A stretch of 15,115 bases of DNA from Azolla caroliniana (GCA_043228905.1 JBHGNT010000815.1:1-15115), one strand, 5' to 3'. Shown: positions 1 to 10,409, numbered from the stretch's first letter. Notes: a model not told the origin generated them from the sequence alone. A program made the numbers and translations.

Positions 1-179
1 AAAAACTGTGCCTCATAGAGGGCCATCTTCCTACAAAGAGATGTTGAGGGGCTGATCCATGTTCTTATGATGTCCAATTTGATAATATCAATTCAAATTC
101 TCTATACTTTTCAACTTTGGCCATGTTCAGATATAGACAATCCAAGCTATATTGGAACCAGTGTTGCACTTCAGCATAC

Positions 180-898
180 TGTGAAGTCAATTTTTGCTCA
201 TAGGAAAAGACCGTGACAAATACATTGGATGCGAAGGTATAGAAGAATAAAGCACAATATAAAAGTTCCAAGAGTTAAAAGATAAATGAAATTGAAGAGA
301 AATAAAGTTACAGGCATTTTTCAAAAGTAGAAAAAGAAGAAAAAGAAGAAAAACGCAGGAAATTAAGCAGAAAAAGCAAGGTAGAGAAAAAAGCTCATAA
401 CTTCTTCATCTCTTATCCAAATTTCAAAAGAAAATATTCGTAAGTAAGCTAACAAAGAGAGCTTTCTTGTATGACAAATTTTGATGACAAACCAGAAATA
501 ATGATATGAAAAACGCACCACACTAACTTGAGGATATGTAAAAGAAAAGAAAAGAAAAAACAAGAATAACGCAACTAAAAACCTATAAGTATGAGGGTAT
601 TCTTAGCAATTAGGGAGATGACGGGGGAATAGAATAGTTAAGAAGGAAGGAGGAATAGAAGATCTACAAGAAGAAGTGAGGAAGAAGAAGGGAGGAAGAA
701 GAAGAAGATTAAAATAAGTGAGAAGACGATTAGTAGAAGAAGACGGAAAGATTATTTTAGTAATAGCATATTGCAGTACTTATTTGGGGTTGTTACTCTT
801 GGAGTATAAGAGTATTGTATTCTTTTCTTAATAGTATATTGAAGTATTATTTTTTCCTCCTCTTCTCTTCTCTATCATTTTTCTCTATCTCTTCATCA
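180..898. mobile_element. Solo LTR, 719 bp, with 5-bp target-site duplication CATAC
   Basis: Starts TGTGAAG and ends CTTCATCA (imperfect inverted termini, TG...CA). CATAC lies at 175-179 and 899-903. Removing it restores LINE sequence TCAGCATAC-CAAG, matching copy A TCAGCATACCAAC. AT-rich, no coding remnant. Confidence 0.85.
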
Positions 899-1399
899 CA
901 TACCAAGAAGAATCATCCATGTGTTCAACAAGTTGTTTTCATGACATAAGTGCAAACCTTGAGTACTTTTACTTAGGGAGTTTCCAAAGCCATTGCATAC
1001 TGGCGACCAATCAAAATAATGCCTTAGTTAGTATTGGGGTTGTTCCCATCTCCACCTGAATTATATCATAGGGCAGTGATGCTTTGCTCTCTATCATGCT
1101 GGCATTGATTGAGACTAAAAATCTATTCAAATCTCTCCAGTTATTTACCTTTGGAACACTTGGTCCCCAAGTTTTTACTCTGTATAGAAGAGTTGGAGTG
1201 GCAAGCGTATCAAATAGCCACAACTTAGCTCGTGGCTCTTGGAATTGCATATGTGCACATTGCCTTTCAAGAGCACCAAGGTTTGGATAATTACAAGAAG
1301 ACCAAGAACATGCAGCCTTCTATAAGGACTGATGTCACTTTTTCCTCTTCTGAGAAGAATTTTGGTTCTGATCTCGTTACTCATGTTTGGGTGGGTGTT

Positions 1400-1714
1400 A
1401 AAACCACCAGTTCAGTTTTATCAAGGTTTACCAGCAAACATTTGTCCTTACAAAACAATCTTTGTAGATCAGCAAAAACCATCACTTCAATTTTATCAAG
1501 GTTTACCAGCAAACATTTGTCCGTACAAAACAATTTTAAAAGGTTTTAGATGTCTTTGTGGTCCCTAGGGCGTCTAAGATCAGCAAAAACCATCACTTCA
1601 ATTTTATCAAGGTTATCCATACAAAACAATCTTAAAAGGTTTTAGATGTCCAGAAAAAACAATCTTAAAAGGTTTTAGATGTCTTTGTAGTCCCTGGGGA
1701 ATCTAAGATCAGCA
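1400..1714. repeat. Imperfect tandem triplication of a ~111-bp LINE RT segment
   Basis: AAAACCATCACTTCAATTTTATCAAGGTT...ACAAAACAAT...AGATCAGCA recurs at ~1400, ~1475 and ~1586, with internal deletions and a ~28-bp sub-duplication (AAAACAATCTTAAAAGGTTTTAGATGTC). Confidence 0.9.
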
Positions 1715-2614
1715 CAATGTCATCCACAGCATATAGTAATATCAGTGTTGCTATACACACTAAGAATGCTCCTGAACCAACAGATCTCTCTATGTATTAT
1801 AATGGCTCATCTACACAAAAACCGACGAGAGTGGGTAAAATTAGGCAGCTTTATTTTACTCCAATTGTGCTAGCCAAGGCCTTTCACAACCCATTGAAAG
1901 ATTGCACGTTTGCTGCCATGGATTCATACATTGCAGACTACCCATTGCATATTTATGGGGACACCAAGGGCTTCTAGCCACTGCAAGAGCCGAGCACATA
2001 CTTGTGTCAAAGGCTTTTCAGCAATCCAAAAAGCTGTAATAAATCCTCCTTTTCTGGGCTTCCTCCTCCTCGATAAAGACTCGGACAGTCAATCTGTAAA
2101 CCAAAGTTGTGAACCCCTTTCAAAAGCCTGCCTTTCAGGTGAACGAAAGCCATTCCTCTCTACCCATGCACGTTTATTCTGACTCTAGGATTAGTTTAGC
2201 TAAGTAATGGCTAATTATGATTGCCATGTAATCGCTCAATATCATGGACTCCCCACACTTGAAGATTGGTATGATGGTATAATCTGTTCATCTAGTAGGG
2301 AAACCTTCACCCATAGCTCTATTAAACGTGTGCTAGCAGTGGAAGTAATATGTCATGGGCATAGACAAAGTGCTCAATTAACAATCCATCATGATATTGG
2401 GTCTTTCCAAATTGGAACCAATCAACGGTGTTTCTTACAATGTGTGGTGTAAAAAAGGTAGATTCATGAGGGCATAAGCCATATGGATGGGGATGGGAGA
2501 GCTGCTCAAAGATATCATATAGTACCTTTATGTATTCATGCCACACCTGAGATGAGGTCAGTTGTGTGGTACGTGGCCTCGGATTAAATATTTTTCATGC
2601 TCTTTTACTTTCTT

Positions 2615-4992
2615 GTACTAGGAACAATCAATACACATAGAATAGAAAGAAAGAAGAAAGAAAGATATATTAACGTCTTTTAAGAGGCGAAAATGGCCTA
2701 TAAGACCAAATAGGAGGTTACATCTTAAGTATTGTCTCGTCTTTGAGAACAACAAATCAAAAAAATAAGTAAATAATACTCTATAAATATAAAAGTATAT
2801 AAGAAAAAAAGAGACGAGGGAATCTGGTTTTCGGCACATGTGAGATTCTCAAGTTAGATATATTGTAGCCTTTGTATTCGAAAGATCTCTAGCATAGGTC
2901 GATCCAGAAAGGAAATGTCTCCGAAGCGAGGGAAGCACCTACGATGGCGAGAGATAATGGCTTTTCCCTGTCGATGACAAGGGTGTCGAGGTCGTGTTCC
3001 ATGGGGCCGGGGCCTACGTGCACGGCAAATTGCTATTGCCCAATCAATTGTAACCCCTTTGTTATGTCCTGGTCTGAAGCCCATTTGTGTATCCCGGGTT
3101 GACTTCTAGCATTAGGAGTGATGGGGCTAAAGAAAGTTGTGATTGTTCATTGTGGGTCGGCTTGTGTGGGTGTATTCTTCAACAACTTTTCCCGATGTTT
3201 CTTGAGCTCTATCAAGAAAAGTCTTAGGCATCGTTGGTCCTCATATTCCATTACCTTGCGTAGTGGGCCAAAGCCTTGTTTAAAGACGCAATGGTATCTC
3301 CCTCTGATTTCATAAAAGACACTACACTCACAACCATATTGTTCCTCAGATTCCACTCCTTCATGACACAATTGGCAAATTCTCTCTTCTAGAGATAGTC
3401 GCGTATATCTGCCTACTTCAATCTGTACCTGATGTGATGAAGTTCACAGCTGCCCTATCACACTACGCAGCGCATAGGATAGATGTATGTCCATATAAGG
3501 TGGCCTGATGACGAATCCATCCTCCAATGTATGTGAGAAGCGTGCCTTATAGTGGGCCACCTTGGTACCAAGTGGTATTTTGGGGCTGATCCATGTTATC
3601 TTGTTTTCCAAGTTAATAATATTAATTCGGATCACTCTATTCTTTTCCGCTTTGGTCATATTTAGATGGGGACAGTCCAAGCTATATTGGAACGGGGGTA
3701 GTGCATTTATACTCATGCCATGTGACTCGAACCATTGCTGCATTTCAGCATACCAACAATGAGTGTCTCCATTTTCAGCCAGTTGTCTTGATGACATCAG
3801 TGCCAACCTTAGGTACCTTCGTGTAGGGAGAGCTCCCAAAGACGTTGGATAAATGTCACTGATCGGAACAATGCCTCGGTTATTATAGGTGTTGCTACCA
3901 TCATATAGAACCTTTGCATATAGAACCTTTGCATATTCATGCCACACCAATTGTGTTGTATAAATGCCCCCGAGTTACCTCACGTTGCAAGCATCTCCTT
4001 GTATCACGACATTCCTCATCATACCAATTATTTTGTATTACTCTACCATGTTTGAGGGGATTGGCCATTGTGTGAAGGAAGGCATTTGCAATGATTTGGA
4101 GCTGCTTTATGCAATGATTTGGACAATCCTTGGGTAAGTTCTTCAAGAGATGCGAAAGGATCCAAATCTAGCATGACATTGTATACACCACAACTATACA
4201 CATCAATTTTCTCGCGAGTAAATAGATACTTAACCAGCCCACTCTCCTTAGCATATACATCCTTTGTGCATCCATCGTTTACCTCGAAGCGTAGATATGC
4301 ATGATCTGCTGCCAAGCGAATAGGTCTACCCGATATAGTGAACACTTTTATTTCAGGTGTAAGAGATGGAGATCCCATTAGATAGTCGATTGTGCTTGAA
4401 CCCCTTTTTGGGTTCCAACATGTCAAAGCATCTGATCCAGGCCATTGTGACACGCCATTATATATCACAAATCCATGCGCACTTCCCAAGGCTAGAAAGT
4501 GATTTCCATATTTAGTTATAGCAGTCATATCTTGAGCTTGTCGCTTTAGACCAATCTCTTCTGCCATAACTTCTCCATAAACAGCCTTGTTGGTGTTAAA
4601 CATAGTTGTTTGTTCATCCTTGGTTCATGCATTAAAATCTCCTAATAGTATTATGTCCCCCATAGTAGCAAATCTTATGATATCATCATATAGAGGTAGA
4701 TATGGTGATTCACCTAGAGATGCAAACCTTGAGTAGGCAGGTGGAAAGTAGCAAATTGCAATATATAACTCCCTAAGATTCCCTCTTTTTATTTGTATCC
4801 ACATGTAGCGTGCATCTACATCCTTATGGACAACATGGACTCTATCATGGAGCTCCTTTTTGTATAGTACAGCCACTCCTCCCGAACCTCTAGTGTTTCC
4901 TCTATATCCTTGTACCTCGAGGAGTTTGCTAGCCATGCATTGGTGAGTCTCTGTATACATAGCAATATTTGTGTTTTTCAACGTATCTTCAA
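2615..4992 (-). mobile_element. Non-LTR retrotransposon copy A (RTE-X-like): APE endonuclease, C-terminal Cys-rich domain and 3' UTR; RT domain deleted
   Basis: ORF 4625..4981 has ETH, SGGVAVL, YFPP, GDFNA; ORF 4043..4603 has STIDY and ADH (APE motifs); WYDEECR follows; the C-terminus reads SSHQVQIEVGR...ERICQLC...ESEEQY.CEC. No RT motifs lie between. Clade assignment is tentative. Confidence 0.88.
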
Positions 4993-5010
4993 AATAGAGA
5001 GAGAGAGAGA

Positions 5011-5474
5011 GAGTACTTGAATATTAGAGAAGTCAAAATAATCCTAAAAACGCAATACTGGCTGAAACAAAACTCCTAAAAACCACCCCTAGAATGCAGG
5101 ACATAGAAACACTGAAAATGCAGCAGAAACAAATTCCTAAAAACACAGCAAAACTGAAATCCTAGAAAAACAGCACATTCAAACCCCTATAAACACAGTA
5201 AAAAAAACCTAAAAATGCAGCAGAAACAAAACCTACAAACACAGCAAGAGCAAAAGCATGAAAAAGAGATAACCAAATAAAGATATATTAACGTTTTTTA
5301 AAAGCCCAGAATGGCCTAGAACACCAAACAAGAGATAACATCTTTAAATGCTGTCTCATCTACGAGATCAACCAACCAAACTAAATGTAACTAGCAAAGT
5401 AAATAGAAAAAGAATAAGATATGACTAAATAATCTTTTCATCTATACACAAGATTCTCAAGACAGATATATTGT
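5011..5474 (-). mobile_element. 5'-truncated LINE 3'-UTR copy (or SINE-like element) related to the tail of copy A, flanked by an 18-bp direct repeat
   Basis: 5279-5475 is clearly similar to 2661-2867 (AAAGATATATTAACGT..AATGGCCTA..ACCAAA..ACATCTT..TGTCTC..AGATTCTCAAG..AGATATATTGTA). AATAGAGAGAGAGAGAGA lies at 4993-5010 and 5475-5492. Confidence 0.65.
5040..5250. repeat. Degenerate A/C-rich minisatellite
   Basis: Recurring CCTAAAAAC / ACAGCA / AATGCAGCAGAAACAAA units, e.g. at ~5117 and ~5214. Confidence 0.7.
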
Positions 5475-5569
5475 AATAGAGAGAGAGAGAGATGAAAGAA
5501 ATCTTAGATTGAGAAGTGATTTTATAAAGATGAGGATCCAAATAATCAGTAAAGGCAATTCATGCTCAC

Positions 5570-5629
5570 TTGTAACCATCGGATTTGATCAAGATGATCA
5601 TTTGTCAGCCTTGTATTTTTAGATTGGAC
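5570..5629 (-). CDS. APC7: APC7 coding exon 8 (VQSKNTRLTNDHLDQIRWLQ)
   Basis: Acceptor TATTTCAG|, donor |GTGAGC; 60 nt. The next expected exon (RYVEAQ-like) was not found in 1-5569, so intron 8 exceeds 5.5 kb. Confidence 0.9.
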
Positions 5630-8600
5630 CTGAAATAAATATACCCACATGGGAGGGCAAGCAAAATATCACAATACTTTGACCAGCTAAATTTAACTGA
5701 AAGACAATCACACTACAGATTCTCATTGCCACTTCACCTGAGGCTGCATCTCTTTCTGTGTTACCCCAAGCTCTGCCAGAGCTATTATCGCTTCCATAGC
5801 ATATGGGCATTGCCTGCAATATATAATGACATTATATTTAGCTGAATCAGGATATTTTAAAGATTACTTGTTTATCTTAATATTGTACAATATGGTTCAG
5901 GCCATAAAAATCAAAATGTTAATTTATCAAGTGATCATATTCTCATCAGTGTTCCAAAATATACATTGTGTCTATCCATATATATCGAGTTTACATATAG
6001 ATAGATATTGTTAGTAATTTGTTGTTACTATCATTGGATAGTGACACTGGTAATAACCATGTTGCGTCCTCTATGAAAGCATGGCATACTCAATCAAGGA
6101 AAAACATGAAGTAGTAAATTCTTACACTGTCCCAACTAGGAATTGAGTAACGAAATGCATTTACATTCAAAAGGAGAACATAGAATAACCTGAGACACTC
6201 TTTGTAGGAAGCAATGGCAGCTCTCTCACATCCAGTTATTCGATAAAGTCGTGCAAGTGTCAAGTTGATACGTATAGTCCTGGCTTTTAATGGTATCACG
6301 TCCATCTAACATTCATTGAGATTACAAATAGAATCACAAATTTATGAGTATTCTGTAAACATAAATTTCCTTCCCACATTATAAGGTAGGTCATATTACC
6401 TCTGAAAGTGCAGCTCGTGTATCATTCACTGCCAAATGACATAGTGCAATCTTGTACTTCACCTAGACAGTACATATTTAAAGCAATAACATTAGCACCT
6501 TATCATGAAGGGATATAAAAAGGCACCAAGGTGTTGTTGAATATATACTTCATGCTCATTGATTGATGGAACTTGTGTTGGACTAACTGAAGATGGCCTA
6601 CTGGCAGCCTGTGATGCAGCTCTGCCACCACTGTTCAGGGATTGTTTTGGACCAACTCTAGATTGCTGAAGAGCTTGTCTGTATATGTTCTACATCATAA
6701 TTGGGACAAAATTTCAAGAATATAATTAATTGATTACAGCTGTAGACAAACAGATTTGTTTGAGATCCTAATATTATAAATGGGCTCCACATCAATCTCA
6801 ATTGTTGGGAGAGTGGTAAACCATCACTCGCCACTAGTGTGAGGTCAATTTTCATTTGAATCTCACATACAATAGGTTATTTCAAAATTAGGCCCAATGA
6901 TTTTCCAGTCCCATTTGTCAATTAGCATTTGAGCAAACCTTGTGATTGTTTCAATTTCCAAGCCAATGGTATAGATAAGCATGTAACTTTAATTTGTAGA
7001 CAATACCATTCGTCTGGATTATCTACAAGAACATGAGCGCTCAATGATTGCCTTTGATTGACTTGTCGGACGAGAGAGAGGGAAGAGGTGTTGGTGCTAA
7101 AGGACAAAAATTCTTTGATGATATGGCTTTGTGGCTGTATGGTTTTCCTTCAACAACTTTTCTCTGTATCATGTTTTGTAGCAATAACAGTCACAAGCAT
7201 TATTAGTATTCATATTCCATTACCTTGTGGAGTGCATAGCCAAAGCCTTATGTGAAGAGGCAGTGTGCCTGATTATAAACCCAATGTGCCACAACTGAAA
7301 AAATAGGGTCTTATAGTTCATCATCTTCCTACTAAGCGGCACTGTGGGGCTGATCCACCTTTCCTTATCCAATTTAATGATATCAATTTGGATCACTGTA
7401 CTTTTTTCACTTTGTTCATTTCTAAGAGTGGAAATTCAAAAATAAACTGGAACATGGATAGTGCATTTATAATTATCACATGTGCTAAGAACAATTCTTC
7501 CATTTCAGCAACCAAGATTGAGTGTTTTCTTGTTCTTTCAAATGTGTTCATGACATAAGTCTCAATATTGAGTACTTTTGCTTTCAAGGGCTCCCAAATC
7601 CATTGTATACAATTAACTCATTGGAATGGTGCCAAGTTGCCAACTTCATACGGAAGTACTTTGGACAGTTTCAATTTAGGGATGCTACCACCCCATACTT
7701 CAACCCCATAGAGACGCATTCAATCTTAACAATATGTCAATAATGTACTTCTTGAGAACCCAAACATCTCATTTCTCCAATGCAATAGTAAGGCCTCTTT
7801 CTCACTTCTCAGAGGTTCATTTTGATACCATCTATGTGTAATTGTGACTAGGTGCAAAGAAAACCAAAACAGAGAGGGAGGAGATGCACATATTTATGGA
7901 GCCCCCCAATAATCTATTTTACGGGGCAAAACCATATTCTTTTATTAGAATGTGATTTAGGGCACTTGATTCAAGTGACAATGGACAAGTGACCCAAATA
8001 TGTCATAGAAGCTATTAAGTGAACTATAGTGTGAAAGGGTCTTTATAAATACACAAATGGAGAGTTCTTGGACCTTTATACCCAACATTGGCCTGAAGGC
8101 AAGGAAAACCATGAGAAAATGCCCAGAACACTCAAAGTTGCATTGAACTGGAATGGTTGGAAAAGAGAGTACTTCACTTCTAGACCAACGGTCAGGATTG
8201 TGCCACTCTAAAAGGATGAGATTGCATCAAGTGTCACACAAGTATGTAGGTTCCAGAGTGTTGTGGAACCTTCTGGAAACAATATATATGAAGGCGATAT
8301 AAGGGAATGTTTAATGTTTGCCAAAACTATTGGTAGCTCACTTGGCACATGTGTCTGTGTTGCAACCGAAGGTTGTGCAAGCAATGCTGGGCTCATGCAA
8401 CTACCTTTTATGTACATGCAAGATAATGTTTATGTACATACAAGTACAATACCCACTTGCCAAAACTATTGGTAGCTCACTTGGCACATGTGTCTGTGTT
8501 GCAACCGAAGGTTGTGCAAGCAATGCTGGGCTCATGCAACTACCTTTTATGTACATGCAAGATAATGTTTATGTTCATGCTACAAGGATACTAAAATAGG

Positions 8601-9901
8601 CCTAAGGAGCTTCTGAGAGCCATAAAACCTGATTGAAGCACAAATTTAGCTTAACTTCACCACGAGAGAATGCTACATAAACAAACAAAAATAGCCAACA
8701 GCTTAAGCCTATTTAGCATTAAAACCCATGAATGGGACTTCCAAAGTATTTTCCATTGAGCATCCGGGAAAAATGAGTAAATCAGCTACAATTTCTGCAC
8801 ATTTTTGCTTTCTAGCCAGATTTTTACTGTCTATGAATCCGTGTCAGAAAAAGAGTGGTCTCACAATGGTTTGTCAGAGGCTGTGGCTAGCACAATCGGA
8901 GTAAAACAATGATGCCCACAATCACCCACTCTATTCATTCTCTATATAGATGAGGTATCACATATACTGCTACCAAAATAGTATGATGCTATCAAAATAT
9001 AAGTTAATGTTGATTGATAAGTCTTACCAATGCTCTTTTGTATTCCTTTTTTCCATATAGTGCATCTGCAAACAGAATCTGCAAAATAGCCAAATACATT
9101 ATTGCTATAGAATGTTCATACATTCACCTGACATTTTAGAATAAACATTGGTAAAAGTGCATATGATATGGTTAATGTTCACAATTCATAAGCATTGTTA
9201 TAGAATTCTTTATATCGTAGAAAAATCAAGACATTATCTGTGTACTGAAAATAGCCTGCTGCTTAGACCAATAAACCTCATGTTAATAGGTAAATGCATG
9301 GAAATTTTGGGAAGAATTTTTCCATCAAAATTTAATGTTCCCAAATGCCACAGAGATTTGTAGAACCGAAATGGACCCCTTACCAAATTTTCTGCTCTTG
9401 CTGCCGCAGAAAAGTCTATGCTTGAACCAATTGCAGACAGTAAAAAAGAACCCTACACAAAAACCAACCATGTCAACCAGATTTATGTCTACAGTTTTTT
9501 CACATGCCACTCAGAAAGGTTGTGAAAGCAAGCAGATTATAATTGCTGCCTTAATATTTTAAACACTCAGCTCAATCCACTTCATGGCGGGATAATGTGC
9601 TCAAACAGGATTCATATCATTAACTAGAAAATCACTGATATATTTGCTTCATAGGCGTATTCCGTCCTCTTGGCAAACATTAATAAAACTTTCTTTCCTT
9701 CTTTTCAACTCTTCCTTTTTTTTTGCTATTTTTTTCTTTCTATCTTCCTTGCTTCTCCTCTTTCCCTAAACCCTAAACCCTCTCTCTCTACCTCTCCCTT
9801 AAACGAACAAAAGAACAAACTGACGGACTAACCAAAATCTCGGCCGATTCGAATAGATTTTGGTCAAGAAGGAAGAGCATCTGTTCGCGGAAGACTTCCA
9901 T
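5570..9901 (-). CDS. APC7: Anaphase-promoting complex/cyclosome subunit 7 (TPR protein), coding exons 1-8; gene continues beyond the left window edge
   Basis: Manual splicing of 9833-9901, 9384-9452, 9028-9078, 6549-6689, 6400-6462, 6190-6305, 5738-5813, 5570-5629 (645 nt, all GT-AG, phases consistent) gives MEVFREQMLFLLDQNLFESAEIL-GSFLLSAIGSSIDFSAAARAENL-ILFADALYGKKEYKRAL-NIYRQALQQ...INEHE-VKYKIALCHLAVNDTRAALSE-MDVIPLKART...YKECLR-QCPYAMEAIIALAELGV...-...DQIRWLQ, colinear with the plant APC7 N-terminus as I recall it (MEVPKEQ..LYDSAEMLG..AENLILLGDAL..INENEV.FKIA..YKECLRQCPY..EA...LAELGV..RWLQ). Confidence 0.95.
5738..5813 (-). CDS. APC7: APC7 coding exon 7 (QCPYAMEAIIALAELGVTQKEMQPQ)
   Basis: Acceptor ATTGCAG|, donor CAG|GTGAAG; 76 nt restores phase 0. 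Confidence 0.9.
6190..6305 (-). CDS. APC7: APC7 coding exon 6 (MDVIPLKART...YKECL-R)
   Basis: Acceptor TGTTAG|, donor AG|GTTATT; 116 nt, phase-2 junction completed by exon 7; overlaps ORF 6090..6305. Confidence 0.93.
6400..6462 (-). CDS. APC7: APC7 coding exon 5 (VKYKIALCHLAVNDTRAALSE)
   Basis: Acceptor CTGTCTAG|, donor |GTAATA; 63 nt. Confidence 0.92.
6549..6689 (-). CDS. APC7: APC7 coding exon 4 (NIYRQALQQ...PSINEHE)
   Basis: Acceptor GATGTAG|, donor |GTATAT; 141 nt; Ser-rich linker ending INEHE (INENE in angiosperm APC7). Confidence 0.9.
7100..7800 (-). mobile_element. Old LINE fragment C, same family (C-terminal region), in APC7 intron 3; boundaries approximate
   Basis: Shares blocks with copy A: TTCAACAACTTTTC, CATATTCCATTACCTTG, CCAAAGCCTT, GGGGCTGATCCA, TAGTGCATTTATA, CATTTCAGCA; heavily deleted. 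Confidence 0.8.
8318..8574. repeat. Perfect 118-bp direct duplication with 21-bp spacer
   Basis: 8318-8435 is identical to 8457-8574; spacer ACATACAAGTACAATACCCAC. Confidence 0.95.
9028..9078 (-). CDS. APC7: APC7 coding exon 3 (ILFADALYGKKEYKRAL)
   Basis: Acceptor TTTTGCAG|, donor |GTAAGA; 51 nt. Confidence 0.93.
9384..9452 (-). CDS. APC7: APC7 coding exon 2 (GSFLLSAIGSSIDFSAAARAENL)
   Basis: Acceptor TTTTTGTGTAG|, donor |GTAAGG; 69 nt, phase 0. Confidence 0.92.
9764..9781 (+). promoter_or_regulatory. Telo-box / interstitial plant telomere repeat in APC7 intron 1
   Basis: CCCTAAACCCTAAACCCT, containing AAACCCTA, ~50 bp from the exon 1 donor. Function not shown. Confidence 0.5.
9833..9901 (-). 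CDS. APC7: APC7 coding exon 1 (MEVFREQMLFLLDQNLFESAEIL)
   Basis: ATG at 9901, donor TTG|GTTAGT; 23 codons matching the APC7 start. Confidence 0.92.
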
Positions 9902-10166
9902 TCCTCCTCCTCTGTTTCTCTGCTCCTGATTCAGATCAACACGGGCTTCAATTACCTTCGAACCAGAACCAGAGCCAGCTCCCGCTCAAATAAAACTAAA
10001 GAAAGCCTCCGTTTTGCTCGTCTCTTGTTTCGTGTATGTATTGGCCCCTCCCTTTTCTTTATTTCTGCGACTGCCCCTGTACAAATGTTCATGTTTGCGA
10101 CATGAAATTTCGTGCAAAAGGACATGTTATTCAGTTTCTAATACGTTGAGGGAAAGAACATACATG

Positions 10167-10190
10167 CATCATCATCATCATCATCATCAT
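10167..10190. repeat. (CAT)8 microsatellite
   Basis: Directly visible. Confidence 0.95.
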
Positions 10191-10270
10191 GTATTCCATT
10201 CATTTGCTCAAACTTTTGCCAATAACCTATTTGCTTCCATTTCCAATGTGTGCGGGTGGGTCGGTGGGTC

Positions 10271-10271
<1 letters not shown>

Positions 10272-10304
<33 letters not shown>
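10272..10304. repeat. (GT)16 microsatellite
   Basis: Directly visible. Confidence 0.95.
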
Positions 10305-10305
<1 letters not shown>

Positions 10306-10409
10306 ATGCATCTATTTGATGACAATCTTGCATTCTTGGATATGACTGTCCATATTTGAGAACTCACGTCTCAATTGGTCTCCCTAAGAAATTTCTTCAA
10401 TATTGAGTA

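Larger units (their letters stand above)
1..2617 (-). mobile_element. Degenerate non-LTR retrotransposon copy B (RT domain plus C-terminal region, no endonuclease), interrupted by a solo LTR at 180-898
   Basis: Minus-strand remnants: VWHEYIKVLYD (~2546), GQAGF (~2125), KAFD (~2015), LLYAVDD (YADD-like, ~1720-1740), ORF 1011..1250. Segments 1-179 and 899-1050 align with copy A 3590-3900. Many stops and frameshifts. Confidence 0.88.

Noticed and set aside
1400-1714. CRISPR-like repeat array
   Set aside because: Eukaryotic context, no unique spacers; units are LINE sequence.
2615-2867. Helitron, from the CTAG|T end on the minus strand
   Set aside because: No subterminal hairpin or 5' TC seen; the related copy ends CAAGT and the sequence is continuous with the LINE ORF end.
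2615-5475. An APE-type retroelement with terminal direct repeats (novel LTR-like LINE)
   Set aside because: The two repeats are quite diverged, lack TG...CA and a PBS, and the right one has its own flanking 18-bp duplication. An independent tail insertion is simpler.
7800-8320. Further TE or exon in intron 3
   Set aside because: No recognisable motif, termini or needed exon; exons 3 and 4 join colinearly with known APC7.
9925-9955. Possible 5'-UTR intron (donor AAG|GTAATT)
   Set aside because: Only ~54 nt upstream of the ATG, too short for a normal intron with the available acceptors.
10014-10319. ORF with poly-His and CV repeats
   Set aside because: Translation of the (CAT)8 and (GT)16 microsatellites in the promoter region.
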